Source: Candidatus Zixiibacteriota bacterium (GTDB lineage Bacteria > Zixibacteria > MSB-5A5 > GN15 > FEB-12). Taken from it: DNA of 64,000 nucleotides. The DNA is taken from NCBI GenBank assembly GCA_040753875.1, contig JBFMDV010000005.1, positions 305,142 through 369,141 on the forward strand. The letters run 5' to 3'. The translations under genes were made by a program, and so were the position numbers. Position 1 is the first letter of the stretch. The number at the start of each line of letters is the position of its first letter. Under the pieces are notes generated by a model. It made no database searches and was not told where the DNA came from. It saw only the letters and a list, made by a program, of their open reading frames with translations. This document shows positions 8,863-18,519 of the stretch, in pieces.

Positions 8863-9183
8863 ATGTACGCGATATTTCGGTTGGCCGGGTTTCAGTTCCG
8901 AGCGGAGGAAGGAGAAGTTCTCCGGGTACCCGCAAAACTTCAGACCACCGGGGATCATGTGGAGATCTCCGACATCCTGTTGGTCAAGAGCTCGGACCAC
9001 GCGCTGGTGGGGACGCCGTTCGTGAGCGGCGCCAAAATCGAGGCGGCGTTGATCGGACGGGGCAAGGGTGAGAAAGTGCACGGCTACAAGTACAAACGGC
9101 GTACCAAAGCCCGCAAAGCGCTGGGGCATCGGCAGGATTATTCGGAACTCAAGATTCAGAAGATCGTCGCTCCGAAAAATTGA
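8863..9183 (+). CDS. rplU: 50S ribosomal protein L21
   Basis: AGGAGGA (8850-8856) precedes the ATG at 8863. MYAIFRLAGFQFRAEEGEVLRV...GHRQDYSELKIQKI is typical of L21. The ORF-track start at 8824 was trimmed. Confidence 0.93.
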   Translation: MYAIFRLAGFQFRAEEGEVLRVPAKLQTTGDHVEISDILLVKSSDHALVGTPFVSGAKIEAALIGRGKGEKVHGYKYKRRTKARKALGHRQDYSELKIQKIVAPKN

Positions 9184-11678
9184 CGCACAGGCAGACGAGA
9201 GTGAACACGAGAGCAGGGACTGCTCTAATAGTCTGGCTGGCCATGATGGCGTTCGGCATCGTGGTCACTGCTCAGGAATCACTGAATGTCACCGACGTAG
9301 AGGTGGTAGGCAATCGCGTTGCCACCTCTTCCCTTGTCATGGGGGTGTCCTCGATTGACAAGGGGAGCCCCCTCACACCCGCTTCAGTTCAGGAGACAAT
9401 CCGCCGGCTGTACAGACTTGGAGTCTTTGAGAGCGTGGCAGTCGAAGCGGAGCGGACCGCGGGCGGCGTCAAGGTCTTTATAGTCGTCAAGGAGCTTCCC
9501 AAGCTCGCCGGTCTGGAGTTTTCCGGCAACAAAGAGTTCAAGAGCAAGGAGCTTCAGGAAAAACTGAAGCTCGGTGTCGGGGGATACATCTCTCCGTACC
9601 TCATCGCCGTCAAGAAACAGGAAATCGTCAAAGCGTACGCCGACAAGGGGTATTTCCGCACCGAGGTTTCCTCCAGCCTCAACTACAGCGCCGATTCCTC
9701 CGAAGCAGTGCTGACCTATCGTATCGACGAACGCTCCAAGGTCAAAGTCGAGCAGGTGATCATGACCGGCAATGTGCGGGTGAAGGCGAGCGACCTGATC
9801 GGCAAGATGAGAAATCGAAAACGCGGCTTCCTTAAGAGTTCCACGTTCGTGGAGGAGAAATACGAAGAGGATCTGCGGAAGGTGGCTGACGAGTATCACA
9901 AGAAGGGGTACATCGACGCCTATATCGTATCCGACTCGACCCGCATCGACAGTACGACCAATCGCATGAAGATATACCTCGACGTGTACGAAGGGCCCCT
10001 GTATTACTTCGGCAAGGCTGAGTTCAAGAACAACGAGGCGCTGAAGACCGACGTGCTGCGAAAAAAACTCAAGTTCAAAGAGGACGATATTTTCAACGCC
10101 GAAGTGTACGAGAAATCGCTCTACGAACTGTACACGGCGTATCAGGATATCGGCCATCTGCATGTACGGGTGAACGACGAGCGAACCACGCGCACAGACT
10201 CGATCGTCGACATCGCCTATGATATCGCCGAGGGGCTCCCCTCGCATATCAACCTGGTCAAGATCGTCGGCAACTCCAAGACCAAGGACCGCGTGATCCG
10301 CCGCGAGTTGTCGGTGCTTCCCGGACAGGTGTTCAACCGGGCGCTGCTCATACGTTCGGTGCGCGATGTCATGGCGCTCAACTTCTTCTCCAACGTCGAG
10401 CCGGTGCCGATCGACCTGCCGAACGGCGATGTCGACCTTGAGGTCAAAGTGGACGAAAAGCAGACCGGGCAGATCTCGGCCGGAGCGGGATACAACAGCC
10501 AGGATAAACTGGTTGGGACCCTGGGGATGGGGATACCGAATTTAGGCGGCAACGGCCAGAATCTCACGTTCAATATCGAGTTCGGCAAGAACCGCAATTC
10601 GTTCTCGCTGTCGTTCACCGAGCCCTGGTTATTCGGCAAACCGACCCTGCTCGGGTCCGACGCTTACCTGGCCAACCGTCGGTGGTACGACGAGTACACC
10701 GAGGGACGACAGGGTGGGTCGGTGCGATTGGGACGACGTCTCAGCTGGCCGGACAACTACTTCCGCGCCTATGCGGCGTTCCGGCTGGAACGGAACAGAT
10801 TCTATGATTTCAGCGATGCCTTTGATACCAACAACCGCTTCAAATCGTATTACTACAAGGACAGCGACAGCAGCGGCGCGTACAGTTCCGCCGATTCGCT
10901 TGTGACGACGCACACGTATGGCGCGTATCCGGGTTCTGTCCTGGCGTACAACGAGGACTGGAATACGGCATCACGGCTCTCGCTGACCATCACGCGAGAT
11001 TCCCGAAACCTTCCGGAGTTCGCGACCAAGGGCTCAGAGGTTTCGTACACCTTCGAGAACACGGGTGGACTGCTGGGTGGGTTCTGGCACTATCAGAAAC
11101 ACCAGTTGTCGCTGTCCAAGTTCGTGCCGCTTATCGGCAACACGGTCGCGCTGGCGGCACGCGTGCAATATGCGATGCTCACCGCCCCCGACGGCGACAG
11201 CCGGATTCTGGTATCGGATCGATTTTCACCCGGCGGCACGGCGTACGACGGGATCGTTCGCGGCTACGACGACGGTATCCTTACTCCGGACTCGGTCGTG
11301 GCCCAATCCGACAGCATACTCTGGTACAACGATCCGAATCCGGACACCCTCACTGACACCGCCCAGTTGGTTTCATACAACCCGTACACGACCCGGGTGC
11401 GCGGCAAGTACATGCTGGTGACGAATCTCGAACTGCAATTCGCCATTGCCAAACAGCAGTTTTATGGATTATTGTTCTTCGATGCCGGAAACTCGTGGCT
11501 GCGCCGGACCGATATCAAACCGCTCACGGATCTCTACCGGGGGGTTGGGTTCGGTTTCAGAGTAGTGGTGCCGGGTATAGGCACGATCGGCTTCGATTTC
11601 GGGTATCCGCTTGATAAATATCGACACCAAAAGCAGAGCTGGAAACCGCACTTCCAGATCGGGACGACTTTCAGATAA
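9180..11678 (+). CDS. bamA: outer membrane protein assembly factor BamA
   Basis: 832 aa. It has a signal-like N-terminus, POTRA-like repeats (VEVVGN..., GLEFSGNKEF...) and a C-terminal Omp85 barrel. The start is uncertain: TTG at 9180 overlaps the rplU stop, and GTG at 9201 is an alternative. Confidence 0.9.
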   Translation: MTHRQTRVNTRAGTALIVWLAMMAFGIVVTAQESLNVTDVEVVGNRVATSSLVMGVSSIDKGSPLTPASVQETIRRLYRLGVFESVAVEAERTAGGVKVFIVVKELPKLAGLEFSGNKEFKSKELQEKLKLGVGGYISPYLIAVKKQEIVKAYADKGYFRTEVSSSLNYSADSSEAVLTYRIDERSKVKVEQVIMTGNVRVKASDLIGKMRNRKRGFLKSSTFVEEKYEEDLRKVADEYHKKGYIDAYIVSDSTRIDSTTNRMKIYLDVYEGPLYYFGKAEFKNNEALKTDVLRKKLKFKEDDIFNAEVYEKSLYELYTAYQDIGHLHVRVNDERTTRTDSIVDIAYDIAEGLPSHINLVKIVGNSKTKDRVIRRELSVLPGQVFNRALLIRSVRDVMALNFFSNVEPVPIDLPNGDVDLEVKVDEKQTGQISAGAGYNSQDKLVGTLGMGIPNLGGNGQNLTFNIEFGKNRNSFSLSFTEPWLFGKPTLLGSDAYLANRRWYDEYTEGRQGGSVRLGRRLSWPDNYFRAYAAFRLERNRFYDFSDAFDTNNRFKSYYYKDSDSSGAYSSADSLVTTHTYGAYPGSVLAYNEDWNTASRLSLTITRDSRNLPEFATKGSEVSYTFENTGGLLGGFWHYQKHQLSLSKFVPLIGNTVALAARVQYAMLTAPDGDSRILVSDRFSPGGTAYDGIVRGYDDGILTPDSVVAQSDSILWYNDPNPDTLTDTAQLVSYNPYTTRVRGKYMLVTNLELQFAIAKQQFYGLLFFDAGNSWLRRTDIKPLTDLYRGVGFGFRVVVPGIGTIGFDFGYPLDKYRHQKQSWKPHFQIGTTFR

Positions 11679-11704
11679 TGATGTTCAGTAGAGGAGATAG
11701 AGTA

Positions 11705-12241
11705 ATGCTGAGAATGAGACACGCGTTGATCCTGCTGTTTACACTGGCCCTGATGGCCTCCCTGGCGGGCACCGCAGGCGCCCAGGCGACCAAGATCGGC
11801 TTTGTCAAGGATGAGGAGATCAAACAGGGTTACAAGGCCTGGACCAAAGCACAGGAGCAGTGGGAACTGGAACGGAAGACTTGGGACGAACAGGCTCAGA
11901 CCATGCAGACAGAACTCCAGGAACTCGTGGACCAGTACGACAAGCAGAAGCTGATTCTCTCTGACGACAAGAAGAAGGAGAAGGAAGCCGCGATCCGGGC
12001 CAAGCAGGAGGCGCTTGATGCTTTTACCAAGCAGATCTATGGTCCCGGCGGCACGGCCGAACGGAAGCAGCAGGAACTGATCGGCCCGCTCCTCGAGAAG
12101 GTCTCCAAGGCCATTGAGGCCGTGGCGGTCGAAGGGGGGTTTGACGTGATATTCACCATGCAGAGCGGTCTGGGATATATCAAGGAGACGTATGACGTGA
12201 CCGCCAAGGTGCTGGAGCAACTTGACAAACTCGAGCAATAG
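11705..12241 (+). CDS. skp: OmpH/Skp-family periplasmic chaperone
   Basis: GGAGAT precedes the ATG at 11705. It has a signal peptide (MLRMRHALILLFTLALMASLAGTAGAQA) and a Lys/Glu/Gln-rich coiled coil. The position between bamA and lpxD is canonical. Confidence 0.85.
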   Translation: MLRMRHALILLFTLALMASLAGTAGAQATKIGFVKDEEIKQGYKAWTKAQEQWELERKTWDEQAQTMQTELQELVDQYDKQKLILSDDKKKEKEAAIRAKQEALDAFTKQIYGPGGTAERKQQELIGPLLEKVSKAIEAVAVEGGFDVIFTMQSGLGYIKETYDVTAKVLEQLDKLEQ

Positions 12242-13256
12242 TCCCGGCTACACGCTGGCTGCCCTTGCGACTGCCGTTGGTGCAGAACTTCACGGAGACG
12301 GCGCCATAGTCATTACCGGCGCCGCTCCGATCGAAACCGCCGGCGCCGATGATATCTGCTTCGTGGCCAACCCCGCCTACAAGAAATACATCACAACGAC
12401 CAATGCCGCAGCCATAGTTCTCGATCACGCTCAGGACGCAGCCGGTCGACCGGCTCTCCGACATGCCAATCCCTATCTAACGTTTGCGCATATTCTCGAT
12501 CTGCTGTATCCGGATCCCGTCCTGGTTACGACCGGCGTGCACAAGAGCGCGGTCATTTCAGCCAATGTGGCCATTGAACCGTCCGCGGCAGTCGGGCCGT
12601 TCTGTGAGATACAGGACGATGTCACCATAGGCAAGGGAAGCCGACTGGTGTCGTCGGTATTTGTCGGAAAAGGGTGTCGGATTGGCGACAATTGTCTTAT
12701 TCACCCCGGCGTGAGGATACTTCACGGTACGCAGATCGGGAACAACGTCATTCTCCATGCAGGCACCGTGCTTGGTCCCGACGGTTTCGGATTCGCACCG
12801 TCGGACGCGGGTCTCAAGAAGATCAAGCAAGTGGGTTGGGTGGAGATTGGCGACGATGTGGAGATCGGGGCTAACTGCACGATCGACCGGGGAGCGCTGG
12901 GCCCGACGCGGATAGGGCAAGGCACCAAGATCGACAACCTGGTACAGATTGCCCATAACGTTGAGACCGGCCGGCACTGCATTATCGTATCGCAGGTAGG
13001 GATTTCCGGTTCGACGAAATTGGGCAACGGCGTCGTGCTGGCCGGTCAGGTAGGTTTGGTGGGGCATATCGAGATCGGTGATGGCGTCAAAGTGGGGGCG
13101 CAGTCCGGCGTCCATAAGTCCATCCCACCCGGCAAAGAGTATTTTGGCTATCCGGCGCGAGAAGCGATAGAAGCGATGAAGATCAGCGCGGCGCTGAATC
13201 GGCTTCCAGAGCTCTTGAGACGGGTGCGAGCGCTCGAAGAGAAGCTCGATAAATAA
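12222..13256 (+). CDS. lpxD: UDP-3-O-acylglucosamine N-acyltransferase
   Basis: 344 aa. It has the N-terminal LpxD domain (ICFVANPAYKKY) and left-handed beta-helix hexapeptide repeats. The TTG start at 12222 overlaps the skp end. Confidence 0.9.
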   Translation: MTNSSNSPGYTLAALATAVGAELHGDGAIVITGAAPIETAGADDICFVANPAYKKYITTTNAAAIVLDHAQDAAGRPALRHANPYLTFAHILDLLYPDPVLVTTGVHKSAVISANVAIEPSAAVGPFCEIQDDVTIGKGSRLVSSVFVGKGCRIGDNCLIHPGVRILHGTQIGNNVILHAGTVLGPDGFGFAPSDAGLKKIKQVGWVEIGDDVEIGANCTIDRGALGPTRIGQGTKIDNLVQIAHNVETGRHCIIVSQVGISGSTKLGNGVVLAGQVGLVGHIEIGDGVKVGAQSGVHKSIPPGKEYFGYPAREAIEAMKISAALNRLPELLRRVRALEEKLDK

Positions 13257-13838
13257 TCAGGTCGACAGGCGTTCCTCGATCTCGGCGATCTTTTTCCAGT
13301 TCCGTTCCATTTCCTCCACGTAGCGAAGCACCGTCGCGCTGTCATTGTGGTCGGCGGCACCACGGATCCCGCAGAGCGACCCCCATTGCTGTCGGTTGAT
13401 TATTTTCAACGACGTTAATTGGTTGCCGAGGTTGGTTACGGCCCGGTTGAGTTCTCCTGCGATTTCTTTCAGATTGCTGTCCCCGGCGACGGTCAGCCTG
13501 GATGTCAAGTTCCCTGCGCTCAGTTCCTTGAGTCGGTCGATGATCCGCTCGGCCGGGTCGACCGCCCGAGCGGTCGGCAGGATGGTCATCACCGCGATTG
13601 CAGTGCTGGCTGCAACGACGGCTGATATCATGTACGGCAAGAGCGTGACTGCGGCCAGATTTATGGCCGAGCCGACATCGGCGAGCAGACTCCCGGTCTC
13701 GGCGCCGTTGAAATAGGTGATGATAGCGGTGCAAATGACAACGGCCGAGCCGGTAAGCAGACCGATACGAAGATACAATCGGGATTTCTCCATCCGGGAA
13801 CGACTGGTCACACCGGCAGTTGGGCTGTCTGTAGTCAT
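13257..13838 (-). CDS. small membrane protein with two TM segments and a HAMP-like domain, no output domain
   Basis: 193 aa. Two hydrophobic segments are followed by PAERIIDRLKELSAGNLTSRLTVAGDSNLKEIAGELNRAVTNLGNQL, which matches the HAMP pattern. Confidence 0.6.
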   Translation of the reverse strand: MTTDSPTAGVTSRSRMEKSRLYLRIGLLTGSAVVICTAIITYFNGAETGSLLADVGSAINLAAVTLLPYMISAVVAASTAIAVMTILPTARAVDPAERIIDRLKELSAGNLTSRLTVAGDSNLKEIAGELNRAVTNLGNQLTSLKIINRQQWGSLCGIRGAADHNDSATVLRYVEEMERNWKKIAEIEERLST

Positions 13839-13949
13839 GGTCTCACCTCCGGGTCACCTCCATGGGACCGGTTTTCCTCCCCCTGTTCTCCGTACCCATT
13901 CTCGGTCGACCGCGGGCGATTTCTTAGTGCAAAGAACTGACAGCCGGTA

Positions 13950-13985
13950 GCAGAAACAGCGCAGAGGTAACACTCTGCGCTGCTG
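13950..13985 (-). terminator. rho-independent terminator downstream of ssb
   Basis: 10-bp stem CAGCGCAGAG (13957-13966) / CTCTGCGCTG (13973-13982). On the minus strand it is followed by TTTCTGC. Confidence 0.6.
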
Positions 13986-14031
13986 AAAATTGCCCCGGTG
14001 ATGTTCACCGGTGAATCAGGGAAGGGAGCAA

Positions 14032-14463
14032 TTAGAACGGCAGGTCGTCATCGCTCGGCCCCTGATCTGGCGGAATCGGAACCTCGTCGGCGGCTCCACC
14101 TGTCGACGCCCCTGCGCCTGGCCCTCCCGAATCGGCGCGGTTGCCGATAAACTGGAAACTCTGGACCACAACCTCGGAGACGTATCGCTTGTTGCCTTCC
14201 TTATCATCATAACTGCGGTTATCGATACGCCCCTCGATATACACCTCGCGTCCCTTGCGGAGGTATTCTTTCATGACTTCGGCGGTCTTTCCCCAGGCGA
14301 CGATATTGTGCCAGGTGACCGACTCCTTTTTCTGTCCGTCGGGTCCGGTCCAGCGTTCGTCGGTGGCCAGCGAGAATGTGGCAACCGCCTTCCCGCCCGC
14401 GGTGTATCGAAGATCCGGGTCTTTGCCCAATCGTCCGATCAGGATCGCTTTGTTTACGCTCAT
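14032..14463 (-). CDS. ssb: single-stranded DNA-binding protein
   Basis: GAGGAG precedes the ATG at 14463. It has the OB-fold sequence MSVNKAILIGRLGKDPDLRYT...WHNIVAWGK, a Gly-rich linker and the acidic tip DDDLPF. Confidence 0.96.
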   Translation of the reverse strand: MSVNKAILIGRLGKDPDLRYTAGGKAVATFSLATDERWTGPDGQKKESVTWHNIVAWGKTAEVMKEYLRKGREVYIEGRIDNRSYDDKEGNKRYVSEVVVQSFQFIGNRADSGGPGAGASTGGAADEVPIPPDQGPSDDDLPF

Positions 14464-14577
14464 AAGGGCTCCTCTCAATCAATGAAGTGTCCGAAGATAC
14501 CTAAGGTCATATCCGGTGTCAAGGAAGGCCACAAATCCCTTGATGGCGTGTCGGCGGTTCACTATCGTGGCGGCACG

Positions 14578-15300
14578 ATGAGTGACGCAAAGGGCAAACT
14601 CTATCTCGTGCCAACGCCGATCGGTAACCTCGGCGATATCTCTCAACGAGCCTTGGCGACGCTCCAACAGGCGGATCTGGTGGCCTGTGAGGACACCCGC
14701 GTCAGCGGCGCTCTACTCAAGCGATTTAGTATACAAAAGCGGCTGATCTCCTATCACAATTTCAACGAAATGGGCCGGGCCAGGCAGCTTCTGGAGGAGT
14801 TGCAAACGGGCAAATCGGTGGCGGTGATCACGGACGCTGGTTCTCCAGGCATCTCCGATCCGGCGTATCGGGTGGTGAGAACAGCGCTCGACCACGATAT
14901 CGAAATAGTCGCGCTCCCCGGACCGAGCGCACTGATACCTGCACTGACGGCATCGGGGCTGCCGACCGACCGGTTTTTCTTCGAGGGGTTCCTGCCGGTC
15001 AAAGGGGCAGCTCGGAGAAATCGGCTGAAAGTTCTGAAATCGTTCGAGCATACGCTGGTATTCTATGAATCGCCGCACCGGATCAACAAAGCTGTGGCTG
15101 ACATGCACGAAGTGCTGGGGGACCGGCGGGCGTGCCTGGCGAGAGAGATTTCCAAGAAGTTCGAAGAGTATCTACGCGGCAGACTGGGCGAGCTGGCAGA
15201 GATGCTTAGCAAGAGGACTATCAAGGGGGAGATCGTACTGGTGGTCGAAGGGCTCGGCAAAGGGCATCCGGAGGCCGGGGATGAAGAGGCCGGCATATGA
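14578..15300 (+). CDS. rsmI: 16S rRNA (cytidine1402-2'-O)-methyltransferase
   Basis: GKLYLVPTPIGNLGDISQRALATLQQADLVACEDTR is the RsmI signature. The upstream part of the 429-aa track ORF is antisense to ssb and was trimmed. Confidence 0.92.
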   Translation: MSDAKGKLYLVPTPIGNLGDISQRALATLQQADLVACEDTRVSGALLKRFSIQKRLISYHNFNEMGRARQLLEELQTGKSVAVITDAGSPGISDPAYRVVRTALDHDIEIVALPGPSALIPALTASGLPTDRFFFEGFLPVKGAARRNRLKVLKSFEHTLVFYESPHRINKAVADMHEVLGDRRACLAREISKKFEEYLRGRLGELAEMLSKRTIKGEIVLVVEGLGKGHPEAGDEEAGI

Positions 15301-16220
15301 GACGTGCCGCTAACACGCAGCGCATCTATCCCTATGACTGGCTCATAATAGGCTATTCGGTATCCATGCTGATACTGATCACGCTGTTTGGCCGGCCACT
15401 ACAAGAGTACGCGGATGAGTTGTTGTTTTACTCAGGGACAGCGGTCCTTGCAGCCGTGCTGGCACGGTACCTGACCGAAGACTCCGGATCAGCCCAGAGA
15501 TTCATTCGACTCTTATATCCAATGCTGCTGTTCACCCTTTTCTACAGGATGACCGGGGGGACGATGTTCCTAGTGTTCGATCGGTTCTTCGACAGCCAGC
15601 TGACGGGGTTGGAGCAGCGGATCCTCGGCGTGGAACCCTCGCTGTCTTTCGACCACTATCTGCCAAATACGCTGGTAACGGAACTGCTGTCATTCAGCTA
15701 TTTCAGCTATTATTTCATGATCCCGGTCTTCTTTCTGGTGACGTTTTTTTCCCGGAGATACGATGTAATCAAGAGGTCAATGACGGCGATCTGCATGATG
15801 TTTTTTGTGTCATACCTGTTGTTCGTACTGTATCCGATCGAGGGGCCGCGCTGGCATTTTGCCGAACTGTATACCAACAGCATCACTGGTCCGTTCTTCC
15901 GACCGCTGGTTGACCTGGTAATAGCCAACGGCGCCGTTCGAGGCGGCTGCATGCCGTCATCACATGTCGGCGTAGCGCTCGTAGTACTGGTGTACAGCCT
16001 GAGACAAGATCGACGGATCGGCTGGTTCCTTGTCCCCATCAATCTTGGTCTGGCCGCCGGAACGGTGTGGGGGCGCTTTCATTACGTTTCGGATGTGGTC
16101 GTTGGGGCCGCTATTGGTATAATATCCGTGCTGTTGGTTGACCGGTACTATCCCCGCTTCGCCCCTGCGAATACGGAACAACAAACGTCGAGGGAGGTTG
16201 TATACCACAATGCATCCTGA
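15297..16220 (+). CDS. PAP2-family membrane phosphatase
   Basis: Polytopic protein with PAP2 motifs PSSHV and RFHYVSDVVVG. ATGA overlap with rsmI. Confidence 0.75.
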   Translation: MRRAANTQRIYPYDWLIIGYSVSMLILITLFGRPLQEYADELLFYSGTAVLAAVLARYLTEDSGSAQRFIRLLYPMLLFTLFYRMTGGTMFLVFDRFFDSQLTGLEQRILGVEPSLSFDHYLPNTLVTELLSFSYFSYYFMIPVFFLVTFFSRRYDVIKRSMTAICMMFFVSYLLFVLYPIEGPRWHFAELYTNSITGPFFRPLVDLVIANGAVRGGCMPSSHVGVALVVLVYSLRQDRRIGWFLVPINLGLAAGTVWGRFHYVSDVVVGAAIGIISVLLVDRYYPRFAPANTEQQTSREVVYHNAS

Positions 16221-17028
16221 GCTTTTCCGTATTGGACCAGTCCCGATCAAGAGCTACGGCCTCATGCTGGCGATCTCGTTTCTCTTGGGTATCTGGTATG
16301 TGTACAGGGTGACCAAACGGGACGGCAAGCCGTTCGATCCGTATCTGACTATCGCGTCGTTGATGATATTCTCAGGCGTGGTCGGGGCGCGCCTGTTCTA
16401 CGTGGTGTTCCATCTGGAGGAGTTCAAGGACAACTGGCTGGCTCTGTTCGGGTCGTTCGATTCCCACGAGTTCGGGATCGCCGGGTTGAATCTTTACGGG
16501 GGGGTATTGACGGCGATCGTGGCGGTGTTCTGGTTCACCCGTCGCTACAGGATGAACCTCCTGGAAGTGTTCGACTATTTCTCCCCCACGCTCGGGCTTG
16601 GTCTGGGGATCACGCGCATTGGCTGTTTCTTAAATGGCTGCTGTTTTGGCACGCCGACCGAGCTGCCCTGGGGAATCAGCTTCCCGCCCGGTTCGATACC
16701 ATATTCAGTATTTCAAAGTCTGCCGCTGCATCCCTCGCAACTGTACAGTTCGCTGTACGGACTCCTGTTGTTTCTGCTCTTGCACTTCATGATGAAACGA
16801 AAGAAGTTTATTGGCCAGCTTGTGGCTGTCCTGTTCATGGTGGAGGCTCTGTTCCGTTTCACGATCGAGAGTGTACGATATTACGAAGACGAAATGGTGA
16901 TTAAACTGGGTGGGACTGTGATCACCTACAACCAGATCATTGCCGTGGGACTGTTCGTGGCAGGAATAGCAATATACCTGATACAGCGCAAGCGTGGCGC
17001 ACTGCCGCCGCGGACAGCTGCCATCTGA
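16210..17028 (+). CDS. lgt: prolipoprotein diacylglyceryl transferase
   Basis: MHPELFRIGPVPIKSYGLMLAISFLLG..., GARLFYV, GLGLGITRIGCFLNGCCFG and HPSQLY are Lgt hallmarks. The track ORF start at 16138 was trimmed. Confidence 0.93.
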   Translation: MHPELFRIGPVPIKSYGLMLAISFLLGIWYVYRVTKRDGKPFDPYLTIASLMIFSGVVGARLFYVVFHLEEFKDNWLALFGSFDSHEFGIAGLNLYGGVLTAIVAVFWFTRRYRMNLLEVFDYFSPTLGLGLGITRIGCFLNGCCFGTPTELPWGISFPPGSIPYSVFQSLPLHPSQLYSSLYGLLLFLLLHFMMKRKKFIGQLVAVLFMVEALFRFTIESVRYYEDEMVIKLGGTVITYNQIIAVGLFVAGIAIYLIQRKRGALPPRTAAI

Positions 17029-17029
17029 A

Positions 17030-17776
17030 TTACATAAGCGAATAGCCGCCATCGACGATCACCGTCTGACCGGTGACCCAGCTTGCTTTGGGCGTGGAGA
17101 GAAACACGACCACGTCGGCAACTTCATCGGGGGTACCAATCCGCTTGAACGGGGTTCGTGCGGACACCTCGCGCTTCATATCCTCATAATTGGGAAACAC
17201 CTTCAGGGCGCTGGTATCGATGAAACCGCCCGAGACGCAATTGACGGTGATATGGCGGGGGGCCATCTCGATGGCCATGTATTTCACCATATTTTCAATG
17301 GCTGCCTTGGAGACACCGATTGCCGCATAGCCGGGGATATAGCGAATCGAGCCGAGCGATGAGAGGGCGACGATCCGGCTGTGGTCCGGCATAATGGGTG
17401 AGCCGAGCTGGACGCAATGCAGGAATGCCCGGGCGTTGGTGTGCATGGAGAGGTCCCAAGCCTTGTCGTCGATATCGAGCATCGATGTGTACAGCCCGAG
17501 CGCGGCATTGGAGACCATGATATCGAGCTTGCCGAACCGTTCTTTGATCCCCTCAAAGATCGCTGGCAATTGATCGTGATTCCCCATGTTGGCGCGATGG
17601 GCGTAGCAGTCGACGCCGAGCGCCTTGATCTTTTCAACCGCTTCGTTGGCCCCCTGTCGGCTCCGGAAATAGCTGACCACGATATCGGCCCCTTTTTGAG
17701 CGAGCTTCGTGGCCACGGCAAGCCCGATCCCCCGGGTCCCTCCTGAAACAAATGCAATCTTCCCTTTGAGTTCCAT
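17030..17776 (-). CDS. fabL: enoyl-[acyl-carrier-protein] reductase, FabL-like SDR
   Basis: AGGAGG precedes the ATG at 17776. It has GGTRGIG, SSLGSIRY, IGVSKAA, VNCVSGGFIDTSALKVFPNYEDM and GQTVIVDGGYSL. From memory this closely parallels B. subtilis FabL. Confidence 0.8.
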   Translation of the reverse strand: MELKGKIAFVSGGTRGIGLAVATKLAQKGADIVVSYFRSRQGANEAVEKIKALGVDCYAHRANMGNHDQLPAIFEGIKERFGKLDIMVSNAALGLYTSMLDIDDKAWDLSMHTNARAFLHCVQLGSPIMPDHSRIVALSSLGSIRYIPGYAAIGVSKAAIENMVKYMAIEMAPRHITVNCVSGGFIDTSALKVFPNYEDMKREVSARTPFKRIGTPDEVADVVVFLSTPKASWVTGQTVIVDGGYSLM

Positions 17777-17811
17777 CTCAAGCCTCCTGCCCAATAAGAA
17801 TCACGGCCTAA

Positions 17812-18519
17812 TCAGATCTCGTAGCCGCCGGCCTGGCTCTCAAGAGTCTCGGCCAGCGCTTCAAGACTGACCGGTGTGAAATCCGTGTCAAAAACCTGCG
17901 CGTATTTTTCGATCAGCACGTGGCTGAATGTCTTCAGATTCACTTTCTTGCCAAGTATCTTTTGCGCGGAGGTCATCACCGCCGCATCCAGGCCGCATGG
18001 ATTGATCTTCTTGAAGTCCGAGAGTTTGGTATTGAGATTGATGGCGGCGCCGTGAAATGTGATCCATCGTTTCACCGCCACTCCGATCGACGCGATCTTC
18101 TTGTCTTTCACCCAGACGCCAGTGTGTTCGTCCCCTCTGGTCGCGGTAATACCGATTTCCTTCAGCGCCTTGATGATTCCGTCCTGAATACCGTCCATGA
18201 ACAGATGAATATCTCTGCCACGGCGTGTCAGATTGAAAATGAAATAAGCGACCAATTGACCCGGCCCGTGATAGGTGACATCCCCGCCGCGCTCGACGAA
18301 ATACGGTTCCTCGTCGAGACCGTCGAAATTCTCACGGTGACCGTCTTTGCCGACAGTCACCACCGGGTGATGCTCCACCGTGAGGATCGTGTCGCGCGCA
18401 AGCCCATGCTCGCGCATTTTCACCAGTCCGTGCTGCCAGCCGAGCACCCGCTCGTAGCTGATCTGCCCCAATTCGAGCGACCAGCCCAGGAGCTTCTCTG
18501 ATGCCACCGCCGCCATCAA
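17812..18519 (-). CDS. lipB: lipoyl(octanoyl) transferase
   Basis: RGGDVTYHGPGQLVAYFIFNL, KIASIGVAV, TFHGAAINL and NPCG are present. 4-nt overlap with the upstream E2 gene. Confidence 0.9.
   Translation of the reverse strand: MMAAVASEKLLGWSLELGQISYERVLGWQHGLVKMREHGLARDTILTVEHHPVVTVGKDGHRENFDGLDEEPYFVERGGDVTYHGPGQLVAYFIFNLTRRGRDIHLFMDGIQDGIIKALKEIGITATRGDEHTGVWVKDKKIASIGVAVKRWITFHGAAINLNTKLSDFKKINPCGLDAAVMTSAQKILGKKVNLKTFSHVLIEKYAQVFDTDFTPVSLEALAETLESQAGGYEI

Noticed and set aside
14011-14577. N-terminal 189 codons of the 429-aa ORF containing rsmI
   Set aside because: This part is antisense to ssb. RsmI homology begins at the internal ATG at 14578.
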